Source: Lama guanicoe | Taxonomy: Eukaryota | Direction of reading: 5' to 3' | Length of the DNA: 64,000 bases | Assembly (NCBI GenBank): GCA_013239625.1 | Contig: MU053881.1 | Span: 930,001 to 994,000, forward strand | Part shown: positions 1-10,984 of the stretch, piece by piece | Layout: the number at the start of each line of letters is the position of its first letter | Numbering within the stretch: the first letter of the stretch is position 1 | Notes under the pieces: generated by a model | Databases searched by the model: none | What the model was told of the DNA's origin: nothing | The model's input: the letters and a program-made list of their open reading frames with translations, nothing else | Program-made: the position numbers and the translations under genes

Positions 1-179
1 CGCCCCTCCCTGGTCATCACTTGTCCATCCAGAGCCTTCCTTGTGCGGGCATCAGGGAGAGAGCAATCCACTCCTACCCTCTCCTAGCAAGGGGACAGAC
101 ATGCAGGGTGGGTGGGTGCTGGGAAGCGGTGGAGAGAAGTCAGCAGCTGCAGTGAAGGGAGACACACAGCACTATGACT

Positions 180-350
180 GGGTGGCCTTGGATGATGGTC
201 CCAATCTCTCTGGGCCTCAGTGTTCTCACCTGTCACATGAGGGTGAGAAATACAGTGTGTACCCCGGAGGGGTGCTGAGGGAACTAGATGAGGCAAGTGA
301 TAAGGCACTTAGAATATTGCCCACATGTAACAGGTGCTCAGCAAGTGCTG
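180..350 (+). mobile_element. MIR SINE
   Basis: CTCTCTGGGCCTCAGTGTTCTCACCTGT core and GCACTTAGAA...GTGCTCAGCAAGTG tail. Confidence 0.65.
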
Positions 351-374
351 TGAGATGCACTGTGTCCCTCAGAA

Positions 375-625
375 TTCATCCTGTGGAAGAAACAGACTCA
401 CAGGCACAGAACAAACTTATGGTCACCAGGGGGAAAGGGGTAGGAAGGGATAAACTGGGAACTAGAAAATTGCTCCTCCTGGGGAGTGATGGCAATGTGA
501 GCTACCTTGATTGTGATGGTGGTTTCATGGGTGTAGACATCTATCAAAATTCATCAAATTGCACATCTGAAATAGGTGTAGTTTACTGTACAGGAACCCT
601 ATTGCAATAAAGGTGTGAAAAATGC
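375..625 (+). mobile_element. L1 3'-end fragments
   Basis: GAAACAGACTCACAG...AACAAACTTATGGTCACCAGGGGGAAAG (younger L1 3'UTR) followed by CTTGATTGTGATGGTGGTTTCATGGGTGTA...CAATAAA (old L1M 3' end). Confidence 0.7.
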
Positions 626-654
626 TGAAGATTTAAAACAAGAAAAAAAAGTGC

Positions 655-1001
655 GTGTGTTGAAGTCCTAACCCCCAGCACCTCAGAATGTGACTATCTG
701 GGGATAAAGTCTTTATAGAGACGGCGCAGTTAAAATGAAGGTGTTCGAGTGGGCCCGGACCCAGTATCAGTGGGCGTCCTTGTAAGAAGAGGAGATTAGG
801 ACACTGACACACACGGAGGAAAGATCGTGTGAGGACACGGGGAGAGGACAGCCGCCCACCAGCCTGGGCAGAGGCCTCCGAAGGAGCCCGCCCTGCACGC
901 ACTTTGGTCTCGGACTTCCAGCCTCCAGAACCGAGGAAGTAAGTTTCTGCTGTTTACTCCCTCCAGTCTGGTGCTGTTACTGCAGCCCTGGACGACTAAC
1001 A
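655..1001 (+). mobile_element. MLT1 (ERVL-MaLR) LTR
   Basis: GTTGAAGTCCTAACCCCCAGCACCTCAGAATGTGACT...GACTTCCAGCCTCCAGAAC, hallmark MLT1A/B blocks. Confidence 0.8.
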
Positions 1002-1014
1002 GGGGCGTCATCCA

Positions 1015-1334
1015 CAGGCACGCCTCCCTGTAGAGTGCTTTCTTTACTGGGCTTCACAGATCCTGCAGTTTTGACAAATTGAAGATTTGTGGCAACCCTG
1101 TGTTGTCAGATCGTGGTGAGAATTTTTTGTAGCAATGAAGTATCTTTTAAATTAACGTATGTTCGCTGTTTCTTTAGACGATGCTACAGCACGCTTAACC
1201 GACTGCAACACAGCGTCAGCGTAACTATCATACGCGCTCGGAAAACACAGAATTCGTGGGACTGGCTTTATTTCGATATCAGCTTTATTGCCACTGTCTG
1301 CAACGGAACCCTCAGTGTCTCTGAGGTCTGCCTG
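1015..1334 (+). mobile_element. Internally deleted Tigger1 derivative (TcMar DNA transposon)
   Basis: Terminal inverted repeats CAGGCACGCCTC / GAGGTCTGCCTG. The body resembles Tigger1 5' end (ACAAATTGAAG.TTTGTGGCAACCCTG) joined to its 3' end. Confidence 0.8.
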
Positions 1335-1421
1335 CATGCGATTGTTGCTCCCATGCCCCAGCACTCAGCCCAGGGCCACACAGCAGGCTTTGGGGAGTTT
1401 ATGGATGGAACTTCCAGGAGT

Positions 1422-1506
1422 GGGGTAGGGTGTAGCTCAGTGATAGTGCGCATGCTTAGTATGCACGAGGTCCTAGGTTCGATCCCCAGTACCTCCATTA
1501 AAAAAA
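1422..1506 (+). mobile_element. tRNA-Ala-derived SINE (camelid Vic-1 type)
   Basis: GGGGTAGGGTGTAGCTCAGTGATAG...GGTTCGATCCCCAGTACCTCCA plus A-tail, with Pol III A and B boxes. Two more copies occur in the window. Confidence 0.85.
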
Positions 1507-1564
1507 TTGTTTTTAAAGGGTGGATGACCCTGCAAAGTGGAAGGCTGTCAGGGGCGTGGCTTCA

Positions 1565-1688
1565 GAGAGAGGAGGAGGGGGTAGGAGAAAGGGGAGGAGA
1601 GGGAGGAGAAAGGGGAGGAGAGGGAGGAGAAAGGGCTGGGGGAGGGAGGGGGAGGGGGAGGGAGGGGAGAGGGAGGAATGAGGAGGGG
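1565..1688 (+). repeat. Polypurine (G/A) tract with about 2.5 copies of a 21-bp unit
   Basis: GGAGAAAGGGGAGGAGAGGGA repeated from 1584, followed by GGGA/GGGGA runs. Confidence 0.9.
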
Positions 1689-3150
1689 TCTGTAAGTGAT
1701 GCTTTTAATCCCAGCTCTCCGACTGACTTTCGTTCTGCACACACACAGCGAGGGTGGAACCCGTGCTGGTGGTGGGCAGGTTCCCCTTCTCGGGATGGGG
1801 GCAGCTTGTTCAGCCGGCCTGCTGTTGACTGGACATCACCATCCTTCCGGGCATTCCGCTTTTACACACAAACACGGAAGGGAGCCGCCTTACATAGGCC
1901 CCCTTGGGCACACAGCAAGGCCTTTTCTCACACGGGTGGATGTGAGGAGCTGCTGGCTCGTGGGGCATGTGGATTGTTAATTGCGATTTTAGAAGATTTT
2001 TTTCCTTTAGACTCATCTTTTTAGTAAGACCCTAAAACTCAAGACTAGGGGGCCAGCAGGGTTTCTGTGCTCAGGAGCTTGGTGGACGGGGGGCCCTGAC
2101 ATCCCCTAAGGCTGGGTCACTGCAAGAAGGCACCATGCGTCCCTCCCCCATCTCTTCATATCGTACCAGTGGTCAGGGACCCAGAGGGAAACGGAGGCAG
2201 GAGACCAAGCTTCCAGCCTGTGGATAGAAGAGGTGAGAAGCAGGCAGATGCTGGGAACTGAGAGAAAGGAACTGCTCAGTCCCCCTCAAATCTGCAGCCT
2301 GAAGTATGGGGAGGGGAGGTCTTATGTTCAAGCCTCCACCTCTTCACCCTTGTACTGGTACCCAGTTACTCACCGTCTCCCTGGGTGACGAGCAACGGAG
2401 GGCAGGGCCTGGTGACTGCCTTCCTTGATGACGTCATCTATCAGACCTGGGTCCTGAGACCCTCCCCTCCTCCCTCTCCATGCTGGGGATGCTGAGGTGG
2501 GCACACATCAGGTACTCCTTGCCCCCAGGAAGGACTGAACACTCCAAAGTGAGCCTAGGTAGATTTAATAGGCCGGCTTGCCCCGATTTATATTCCCCCA
2601 GCAGCTTGGGAGAGGACCCATTTCCTGGTCTGGCAATGCCTGTCCCATCTGAGGAGTGACACGCTGGCTGGTGGTTTGCCTGCAACTCCCTGGTTATTGG
2701 CGAGGTGCTGCATCTTTGTCCCGGTTTACGGCTTCTGGGTACGACTAGGGCAGAAACGAGAGGGGGAGTTTCAGGTGGAAAAAGAAGCCCTGGCAAGGCA
2801 GAGAGGCAGGGACTCATGAGGTGTCTCCTAAGAACAAGGGCAGTGCTGAGGGCTGGAAGGTGAGGCCAGTGCGAGCACAGAGGGAAGGTGGGGGACGGCC
2901 TGCAGGTCTGGAAGTCCAGGGCAGGGTCTGGGCTCACCCCTGAGGTCAGAGTTGTCGGGAGAGGAGGGAGCAGGGTGGGCTCCTGGGCTGCTGCAGCGGC
3001 GGTCGGGAGCGGGGGCGAGAGGGTGGAAACAGACAGCAGCCTGCACCGAGCAGCCAGAGTGTGGCCCGGCGGTGGGGCCGGTGAGGGGGGCGGCCTGAGA
3101 GGCCACGTGAAGGCAGCACCGAGGGACAGTCGACTGGATGGATATTGAGG

Positions 3151-3602
3151 TGTTGCAGCAAAGTGTGTTACAGCAACCTGGATCCTGGCGAGAGACCAAG
3201 CAGCACTCGGAGGGTTGGAGAACTCAGGTTATTATGCCAGTGGGCCCAGAGGAGTTAATAAGCCAAGCTCTGGATCCTGTCTGTAGGTTTACACAGGCTT
3301 TTATAGGCTACCAGTCAAGACTTTGCAACATTTTGCCACATCATATGCAAACAAGGTGTAACAAAGTGGGCCAATCAGGAATAGCTTTATGCAAATGGAC
3401 TGTTAGAAATGGACCGATCAGGGGTAAGCTTCGGGAACCAATAGACTCTTAGGGGTAAGTTCCGCTTTCCTAGAAGCAAGCTGTTTTACAGAAGCAAAAA
3501 TTGCGATAATGCTGCCGGGCCTGGGAACCGGATGGCGCTGGCAGGAAAGCAGTGGCCCTGCCTGGGGGTCCTGCCTGTCTTTTCATGGGGCTTCCCACCT
3601 CA
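3151..3602 (-). mobile_element. Solo LTR, ERV1-like (copy 1)
   Basis: TG...CA termini, perfect 4-bp TSD GAGG (3147-50 / 3603-06), minus-strand TATAAAA (3299-3305). Clearly homologous to 48354-48876. Confidence 0.85.
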
Positions 3603-3765
3603 GAGGTACAGGTTACAGGGGCAGAGGCTCTGGCTGTGACGTGACAGCAGGTCACTCAGCAGCCTGCTGATCCATTACTTCCACTGGCCCCAGCATGGCC
3701 TGGGGGGGGTGGTGAGCAACTGGCACGGTGCCCGGCGGGTGAGGCAGCCCTCGTGCTTGCCCCTC

Positions 3766-4368
3766 TGTGACACTGAGGGCCATCATCAGTTAGATCCATT
3801 ACTCCTGTAACCTGCCTTCACGGATCAAGCTGGCTTTAACTGCTGCTACACAAAACTTGCATGTTCTCCAAGCGTCACGTAGCCTAAACAACAAGCTGTT
3901 TGCCGGAGTTGTTTTCCAGGAACTTGGAGTCAGCTGTGCTGAGTTTGAGCTCAAGCCGGTTAAGCCTGGTTAAGACCACCAACCCTCCCAGTGGGCCTGT
4001 CTGAGTATCCCCTTGGTGACCTTTTGGCGTCAGAGGGCCCAAAACTCCACCCTCAGCGCGGGCCAGCGCCGCCTTGTTCTGAGCATGCGTCCCGTGGAGA
4101 CGGTGTAGCTAAGCTGCGCCTGCGCAGGACGACTGTCTCGCCTTTTTCTTGTCTCCAGTCACCTTTACCCATGCTCCCCATGCCTCAGACCGTCCTGCTT
4201 CTTTGTCCCACAAATAACCTGAGCCCGTCGCCTTCCGGGAGGCCAGCTTGAGATTTGCTTTCTCATATCCTTGCTTGGCTGCCTCGTGCATAAGCCCTCT
4301 GCTGCAAAGCTTAGTTTCGTAGTGTTTGGCTTGCTGTGTGTTGGGCAGACTCATCTGGTTCAGTAACA
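3766..4368 (+). mobile_element. MER41-like ERV1 LTR
   Basis: Ends ...CTGGTTCAGTAACA, and its 3' part resembles recalled MER41-class LTRs. Possible TSD CCTC/CCTG; 5' boundary tentative. Confidence 0.6.
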
Positions 4369-4388
4369 CCTGCACAGCTCCCTTCACC

Positions 4389-4913
4389 TGGTCTCCCAAC
4401 AGAAAAGAACAAGCCTGACTCCACATGAGACCTGTTCCCTTGGCTTTAACCCTGTGCCCTGTTTTCTAGGCTTAGTCTTGCTGGCTCTGCACCTGTTGTA
4501 GTAGAATGTTGCCTTTAGCCTGAAATATACAGGAGAGCCTATTCTCAAGGCTCTGACCTTTAAGGATATTAACACTTTTGCTCATATACAGATAACAAGT
4601 TGCAGAATAAAAAATAACATTTGTTGTGTTGGAGGTTTACAGGGACACCATGACCTGACCCACCTGAACAGCTGTAAGAACAAAGAAGCCCTTCACCAAG
4701 ATGTTTGCAACAACCAACCACGCCCCCTCCCCTTTTTAATATAAGAGGAGCCTGAATTCTGACTTGAGTAAGATGGTTCTCCAGGACATTAGTCTGGCAT
4801 CTTCTTGGTCTGCCGGCTTTCCAAATAAAGTCGCTTTTCCTTGCCCCAACATCTTGTCTCTCGATTTATTGGCCTGTCCTGCAGCGAGCAGAACGAGTTT
4901 GGACTTGGCAACA
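4389..4913 (+). mobile_element. MER41-like ERV1 LTR
   Basis: TATA-like element near 4738, AATAAA at 4824-29, ending TTATTGGCCTGTCCTGCAGCGAGCAGAACGAGTTTGGACTTGGCAACA, typical of MER41-class LTR ends. Confidence 0.7.
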
Positions 4914-5329
4914 GACTTGGGGTCTCAGGCCAGGCGAGGTCCAGGGCGGGGCCTAGCAGAGCTACAGGAGGGAGCCCCTGACCCCAGCTGTGGGGCAGGG
5001 GAGGCTGCGCTGGGCTGCGCAGGGCAGAGGAGGAGATGCACATCTGCTGCCCTGTCCTTTCACAAGCCAGTGTCTGGCCAGCGTGAGAGAATGGGAGATG
5101 GGGTGTGGTTGCTTTACCAGGAGCCAGCTGCAACTCGGGAGCCGTGGAGCACTTCCTGCAGGACGGTAAGGGTGGCTTGGAGGGGGCTGCTGGCAGAAGG
5201 GGCTGATTCCGGGAAGGGGTGGTGATGTGAGAAAAGCAACCAGGAGGAGGTCCCCTAGTAGATACGGGCTGGAGGCCCATGGACATGTCACAGTATTTCA
5301 GTGTCACCCTGAGTGTGCGTCACTGCGGG

Positions 5330-5331
<2 letters not shown>

Positions 5332-5374
<43 letters not shown>
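5332..5374 (+). repeat. Perfect (GT)n microsatellite, about 21 units
   Basis: Read directly. Confidence 0.95.
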
Positions 5375-5375
<1 letters not shown>

Positions 5376-8163
5376 TGGGGGTTACAGTAAGGCTGGGGTC
5401 CCATATCCCCAGAGAAAGTGACTGGAGACAGGTGCCTCCAGGCCCTCTCTGTTCACGGGGGCTTGTGTAAGCTGCTCTCCTCCCAGAGGCCTGAGTCTCA
5501 GGTGCTCCATTTTGTCTCATTCTGCCTCCTCCCCCAGCCCCTGCCCAGCTGGAGGGCGGCCCAGGAAGCTTGCTTGTTGAGAGTGCGCTGTGATAGGCAG
5601 ACTGCTTTCCTCACCATCCCTGCATGTCAGCCTGAATGGACGGGCACAAGGCCCATTTATCAGATGGGAAAAGTGAGGCTCAGAAGATTTCTCAGATGAT
5701 ATCAGCAGAGTCCACCACCCTCCCCTGCCTCACCATCCACATCGGAAAGGCATAGGTGGAGTAGGCTTGGACACTGGCCCAGAGAGTGGACGTTGACAAA
5801 GATGAGAAAGACCTGGGCCCACCGGCAGGCTGAGAAAATACCCTAGAGGAGGCAGTGAGGCTCAGCTGGGACCGTCCAGTGAGTTGCAGTCCCTCAAACC
5901 TGACTTGATGTTGATGGTGCTGTTCCTGCCTGGCCCTCCATCCTCTGCACACCCCGGGACCTGGGGTCACCCCAGCCTCTCTCTGCTGAAGGCCGGGGTC
6001 TACATCTCCTGAGTCTAAGCCGGCGTAGGGCAGGGGCCATGTACAGAGAAGAGCCAAGGCGCTGAAATCCCCAGGCTGTTGGCCTAGTAGTGGACCTGTT
6101 AACCTGTTTTTGGTGATCTGGGCGGTGAGGAGGAAGCTTTCCATTAGAGCCTGAATTAGCCCACGAGGCTGTTCTGAGCATCTTATCAGACGAGAAATGC
6201 CAAGAGGTACTGAGGCTGTCATGACCCAGGGTGCAGGCTTGAGGGTGGGAGCTGAGAGGGTCTCCAGGAGACCCTGGCGTCTAGGTCCAGCCTTGAGGCC
6301 TCGGCCCCTGCACGGCTGACCCTGGGGTCTCTCCCTGAGGCTCCGCGGCCCCTGAGCTCCTTGCTACAGGCAGGGAGTCTCCAGCCAGCTGCTCCTGACC
6401 CCCTCTGACTAGCAGGTGGCCCTGCAGGACAAGACTCTGTGTGAAAGGACCCCACCCAGGTCCCACCCCAGTCTCACGCCTCCATTCACCCTGAGGCCGT
6501 CCTCTCACCAACCCGCTCACATTCACAGCCCGGGAGAGAGCAGGGGGCTCGAGGTCACAGGGCTGGTTCTTGGAAATTCCCCAGGAAACCCGCTCTGTGA
6601 CATGGTTCCCTCTTGGGGCTCCCTTCACCTTTAAACAGGTTGTCTAATTAACGTTGGTAAGATGAGGCTGCTTGTGCAGGCTTTTACTGGACCACTCAGA
6701 CGATTTTAGAGCTAAAAGGCCTTGGGAGATCAACTGGACCAGCTCCCTGGATTTACAGAGAGGGAAGCTGAGGCGCAGAGGCGCGGAGGGGCAGGGGCAC
6801 GCCTCAGGTGAGGCTGGTTGACGGCAGAGCTGGGCTGGAATGGAATCCCCAGTGAACTGCTTACAGGAGCTCAGGGATCGCTTTCACGGGCATTTCAATG
6901 GAGGGTCTAGGCCGCAGCCCTGGTGTTGCTCCCAGCCCCCGGCCGCTGCTCCACTCCCCTCCCTGGTCCTCCGGTCACTCCATCCACACTGCTCTCCTTG
7001 AACCAGCTTGAGCGCCCTTGCTAAATTCTCTCGCCGGCCTCCTCCTGCTCTCTCCTCCTCTCCCCTCTCTCTTCTCCAGCCTAATTCAGTTAATGCGTCT
7101 CCAGAACGCATGGCCTCAGGAAAGCCTTCTCTGACCATCAGTCTCCACTGGACGCCCCAGAGGCCTGTAAACACACACGGCCCCACTCAGCGTCCACTCT
7201 GGTGGTCAGGAGGTGCAAATTGGAACAGTGAGGTGCCGTGGTCACCTATCAGATTAGCAAAAACCTGAGAGAGCAGTGACCCCCGGAGCTTCAGGGACGT
7301 GGGAGAAGGGCCAGTCTTGTGGGCACAGCTGAGGGGCGGGGAAATTGCTCAGTCCTTTTGGAAAGGCCTGATGATCCCTGTTAAACTTAAAATAGGCATT
7401 AACTTTAACCTACAATCCCACCTTGGAATTTTATTCTATAGAAATAAAAGCACCGACATACAAGGGGGCGAGGCTGTTTATTACAGGACTGCTGGTGATA
7501 ACACACACACACCCTGCAAACAACCTAAAGATGTCAGTAAATCCAGAAGCGGCTGAGAAACGGCTGCGATGGGCTTTTCAGCAGCTGTTGAGAGAAGGCT
7601 GTAGGTACCTCGAGCTACGGCCCTGGAGGGATGGCCACGAGGCGCCAGCAAGTGAGACTGTCAGTTTCTAACACGTGTGATGTGATTCTGTCTTTGACAG
7701 ACCCTCAGAGGCCCTTCCCTGTCCACAAAGGTCGGCTGTGCCTGAGCGGGGGGTCACCAGGGGTGAGGGAGGGGTATGGAGAGAGGCAAGAGAGGGGCTT
7801 TGAGGGGGGCAAGGAGACCCCCCAGGTTGGGGCTCTGAGACTGGAGGTGAGTGCAGCCACTGGGGCTGGAGCCCACGGCCAGAGTGGGCCCAGCATCAAC
7901 TGAGCTGGCCCCGACTGGCCCAGAGCTTCCCTCTTCCCCCAGCCCCGGGGCGGGGCGGGGCTGGGCTGGCAGGTGGTGCTGTGGGAGAGGAATAACGTAG
8001 GAGTCGGGATGCAGGCAAAGTCAAGGTTGTAACCCTGACCTTCAGCCCCTGTTTGATCTCGGACAGCTCCTCACTGGCTTGCTAAATTTGTCTTTCACAG
8101 GATTCCATGCCATGCTCACACAGGACCCAGCAGAGACACACAGTTAGCTGGTTAGTTTGGCCA

Positions 8164-8550
8164 TTATTATGGATGAATTGTGCCCCCACCAGAATTCATA
8201 TATTGAAAGTCTAACCCCTTGTGTGACTATATTTGGAGATGCGGCCTTTAAGGAGGTTAAATGAGGCCATGAAGGTGGGAACTGATCTGATGGAATTGGT
8301 GTCCTTATGACAGAGGAAGAGACACCAGAGACGGCTCTCTCTCTCTCTCTCTCTGCGCACAGAGGCCCTGTCAGGGCACAGAGTGAAGGCAGTATTCCGC
8401 AAGCCAGGAGGAGAGGCCTCACCAGAACTGGACAATACTGGCACCCTGATCTCAGACTCCCAACCTCGGAACTCTGAGAAAATAAATCGCTGGTGTTTAA
8501 ACCCCCTCGTCTGCGGTATTTTGTTATGGCAGCCGGAGTTAACCAACACA
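8164..8550 (+). mobile_element. MLT1 LTR with internal (CT)n
   Basis: ATGGATGAATTGTGCCCCC...GACTATATTTGGAGAT...GAACTCTGAGAAAATAAAT...TTTTGTTATGGCAGCC. Confidence 0.8.
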
Positions 8551-9877
8551 GCCACTACACTGGACACTTTAGATGATAAGAATTAACTTTTTTTGTGACT
8601 TAACAGGCACACTCTGAATCTGAACTGTTAGAGTGACCACTTAGACCCCTTTACTGTGGGTCATGTAATTAGAGTGAAGCTGACCCAGCCCTGGTTTACG
8701 GGGTGAATCACATGGCCCAGGCCTGGCCTCTCAGTGAATTTCAGCATCTTGACCATGAGGTGGGCTGAGGGAAAGGCATCTGACCCCATTTGGGCCCATC
8801 AGATACTTGGGACTCAATCTGAGCTCTTGTGGAAACAGTCTGTTTCCCTCCAGGGTTTGAGGTTGAGAATGCAAAGCTGGAGCTGCAGCAGCCCTCTTGG
8901 TACCATGAGGAGACATCTTATCTGAGAAGGGAGTGACCCAAAGGAAGAGGGGAAGAAAGTTGGAGGGGAAGAAACTGGGACATCATTCTGGGACATCATT
9001 TTCTATGCCTGAAGCCAAACTATCCCTGGATTTTTAATTTTGTCAAACAATAAATTCCCTTCTTGCCCAAGTCAGTTCCTGTCACTTGTCATACAACCGT
9101 GATTGATCCACCAGTTCTTGTCAACCTCTGACCCTTCCTGTGGCTGGACAGAACTCATCTGCTGTCCTGGAGATGGGCCTGACACAGATTGGGCTCCCCA
9201 CTTAACCTAGTGAATAGTTTTGGTACTGCAGGTGTCTTCCTGACTTCCAGCCCCAGAGCTGAAATGGGTCTTCAGCAAGACTTGCATCCAACCTCAGAGC
9301 TTTGCAGGGGAGAGACGTGTAGAGGGAGGCATATCAGACCCTTTCCTCCAGGAAGGCAAGCCAAGCGTTGAGTCTCCATGGCCCAGCTTTAATTTAACTG
9401 ACAATCTGAAAAATCAAAACCAGTGTCTGGGGCATTTAGAATGTCTGTCTTCCTGGTTTAATTTCATGGGGATTGTGTTACCGCTTTTGATAAAATGTTT
9501 CATTTTAAAGGACTGGTTTCATCAAAGCAGGGCTTCCCTTTGCAGGGTCAGCTCTACCGATAAAAGACTTTTTCATTAGGAAGAAGTGGCGCCTGGCTTG
9601 GACTTAATTGTAGGTTCAGAGAAGAGAGGGGAAATGCCTGTGCCCTTTGGTGATCCCTTACGGTCCCTGAAGAGGCAATACAGCTGAAGTCTGGAGTAAT
9701 TTCTTGAATGCACCACGCCTGTTCCCGCCTCCTGCCTTTGCCCAAGCCGCAGCCTCCCGCGGTGCCCTGCCTCTGCTCCCAGCAGGCAAGACCCCCTGCT
9801 CGCTGACTTGCGCCTCCCTATTCTGGCTGTGGTCTCGGCCAACTCTCGTGTCTTTGCCAGGGCTGGCTGGGTGCAAA

Positions 9878-10273
9878 ACTGTAAATGTGACCTTCCTTGC
9901 AGATATGATTAAATTTGAGGACTCTGAGCTGAGGAGATTCTCCTGGTTTCTCTGGGTGGCCCCTAAATACAATCACAAGTGTCTGTCTAAGAGGGAGGCA
10001 GGGAGAAATCTGACACAAACACACGCAGAAGGAAAGAGGGCAGCGAGACCAAGGAGGCCGAGGCTGGAGTAATGCAGCCACAAGCCAAGGAATGCTGGCA
10101 GCCACGAGAAACCGGGAAAGTCGAGGAACAAAGCATCCCCTAGCGTCTCCAGGGGAGTTCGGCCTCCTGGTGCCTTGATTTTGGCCTCCAGAACTAGGAG
10201 GAAATACATGCCTGCTATTTTAAGCCACCTGTTCGGTGCTGATTTGCTGTAGTGGCCACAGGACACTCATACA
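9878..10273 (+). mobile_element. MLT1 LTR (MLT1C/D-like)
   Basis: GCAGCCACAAGCCAAGGAATGCTGGCAGCCAC...GGCCTCCAGAACT...TTTAAGCCACC blocks. Confidence 0.75.
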
Positions 10274-10984
10274 GAGGGGAACCCATCTGAACTGTCATGA
10301 GCAAACTGGGGACTTTGTGTTGAGGATGGAGGAGTGGGGAGTTCATGAAACCCCGAATGGAAAGAGCATTCCAGCCTCCTGTGGGCTGGAAACAGGGCCA
10401 GAGACATGTAGGCAAGTCGACAGCCTTTTCCCTGCTTCCGTCTTGCTCCCCCCACTGTCCCCGGCTCCCTCATGCATCATGTGCTCCGTTCTTCTCTATC
10501 CAGGAGAGAAAAGTGGGAGGTTCACAAGGAAGGGATTTTGCTTTTTTTTTTTCCACATGATTTGGAATTGTTTCACTTGTTACAACGGGTACTCTCATAA
10601 CGTGCAAAACATCCAGTAAGGAAAATGGGATCTAAGATGTGTTGCATCGAATGCATCTTCATTCCTCGCTTATCTCTCTGTCCACGCCTTGTGCTGCATC
10701 TCTTTGCAGCTTCTCCCCCGAGAATGGAGTGGATGTCTCGCCTCATTCACGTGGCTCTCCTGGCCCCTGGAACTTGGGCAGACATGACCGTGTGCTGGTT
10801 TGGAGCCCGGTCCGTAAGGGGCACTGTGCTCTCATGCACACCCTCCTAGAAGCTCCCGACCTCCGTGGGATCGGCTTCCCCTGGGAGCTGTGGGTGGGGT
10901 CCCTGCTGGGCGCCAGGGTGCACATACAGGGAGCAGAACCGTGAGCAGACATTATTATTGTCAGAACCTAGGAAAGCTCTCAGG

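Noticed and set aside
1426..1497. tRNA-Ala-like gene
   Set aside because: Anticodon and D-arm are mutated, it has a 5' extension and A-tail, and diverged copies are dispersed in the window. It is a SINE, not a tRNA gene.
1089..2024. 311-aa ORF
   Set aside because: Non-ATG start. It runs through a Tigger relic, a SINE and a GA repeat, with no recognisable protein.
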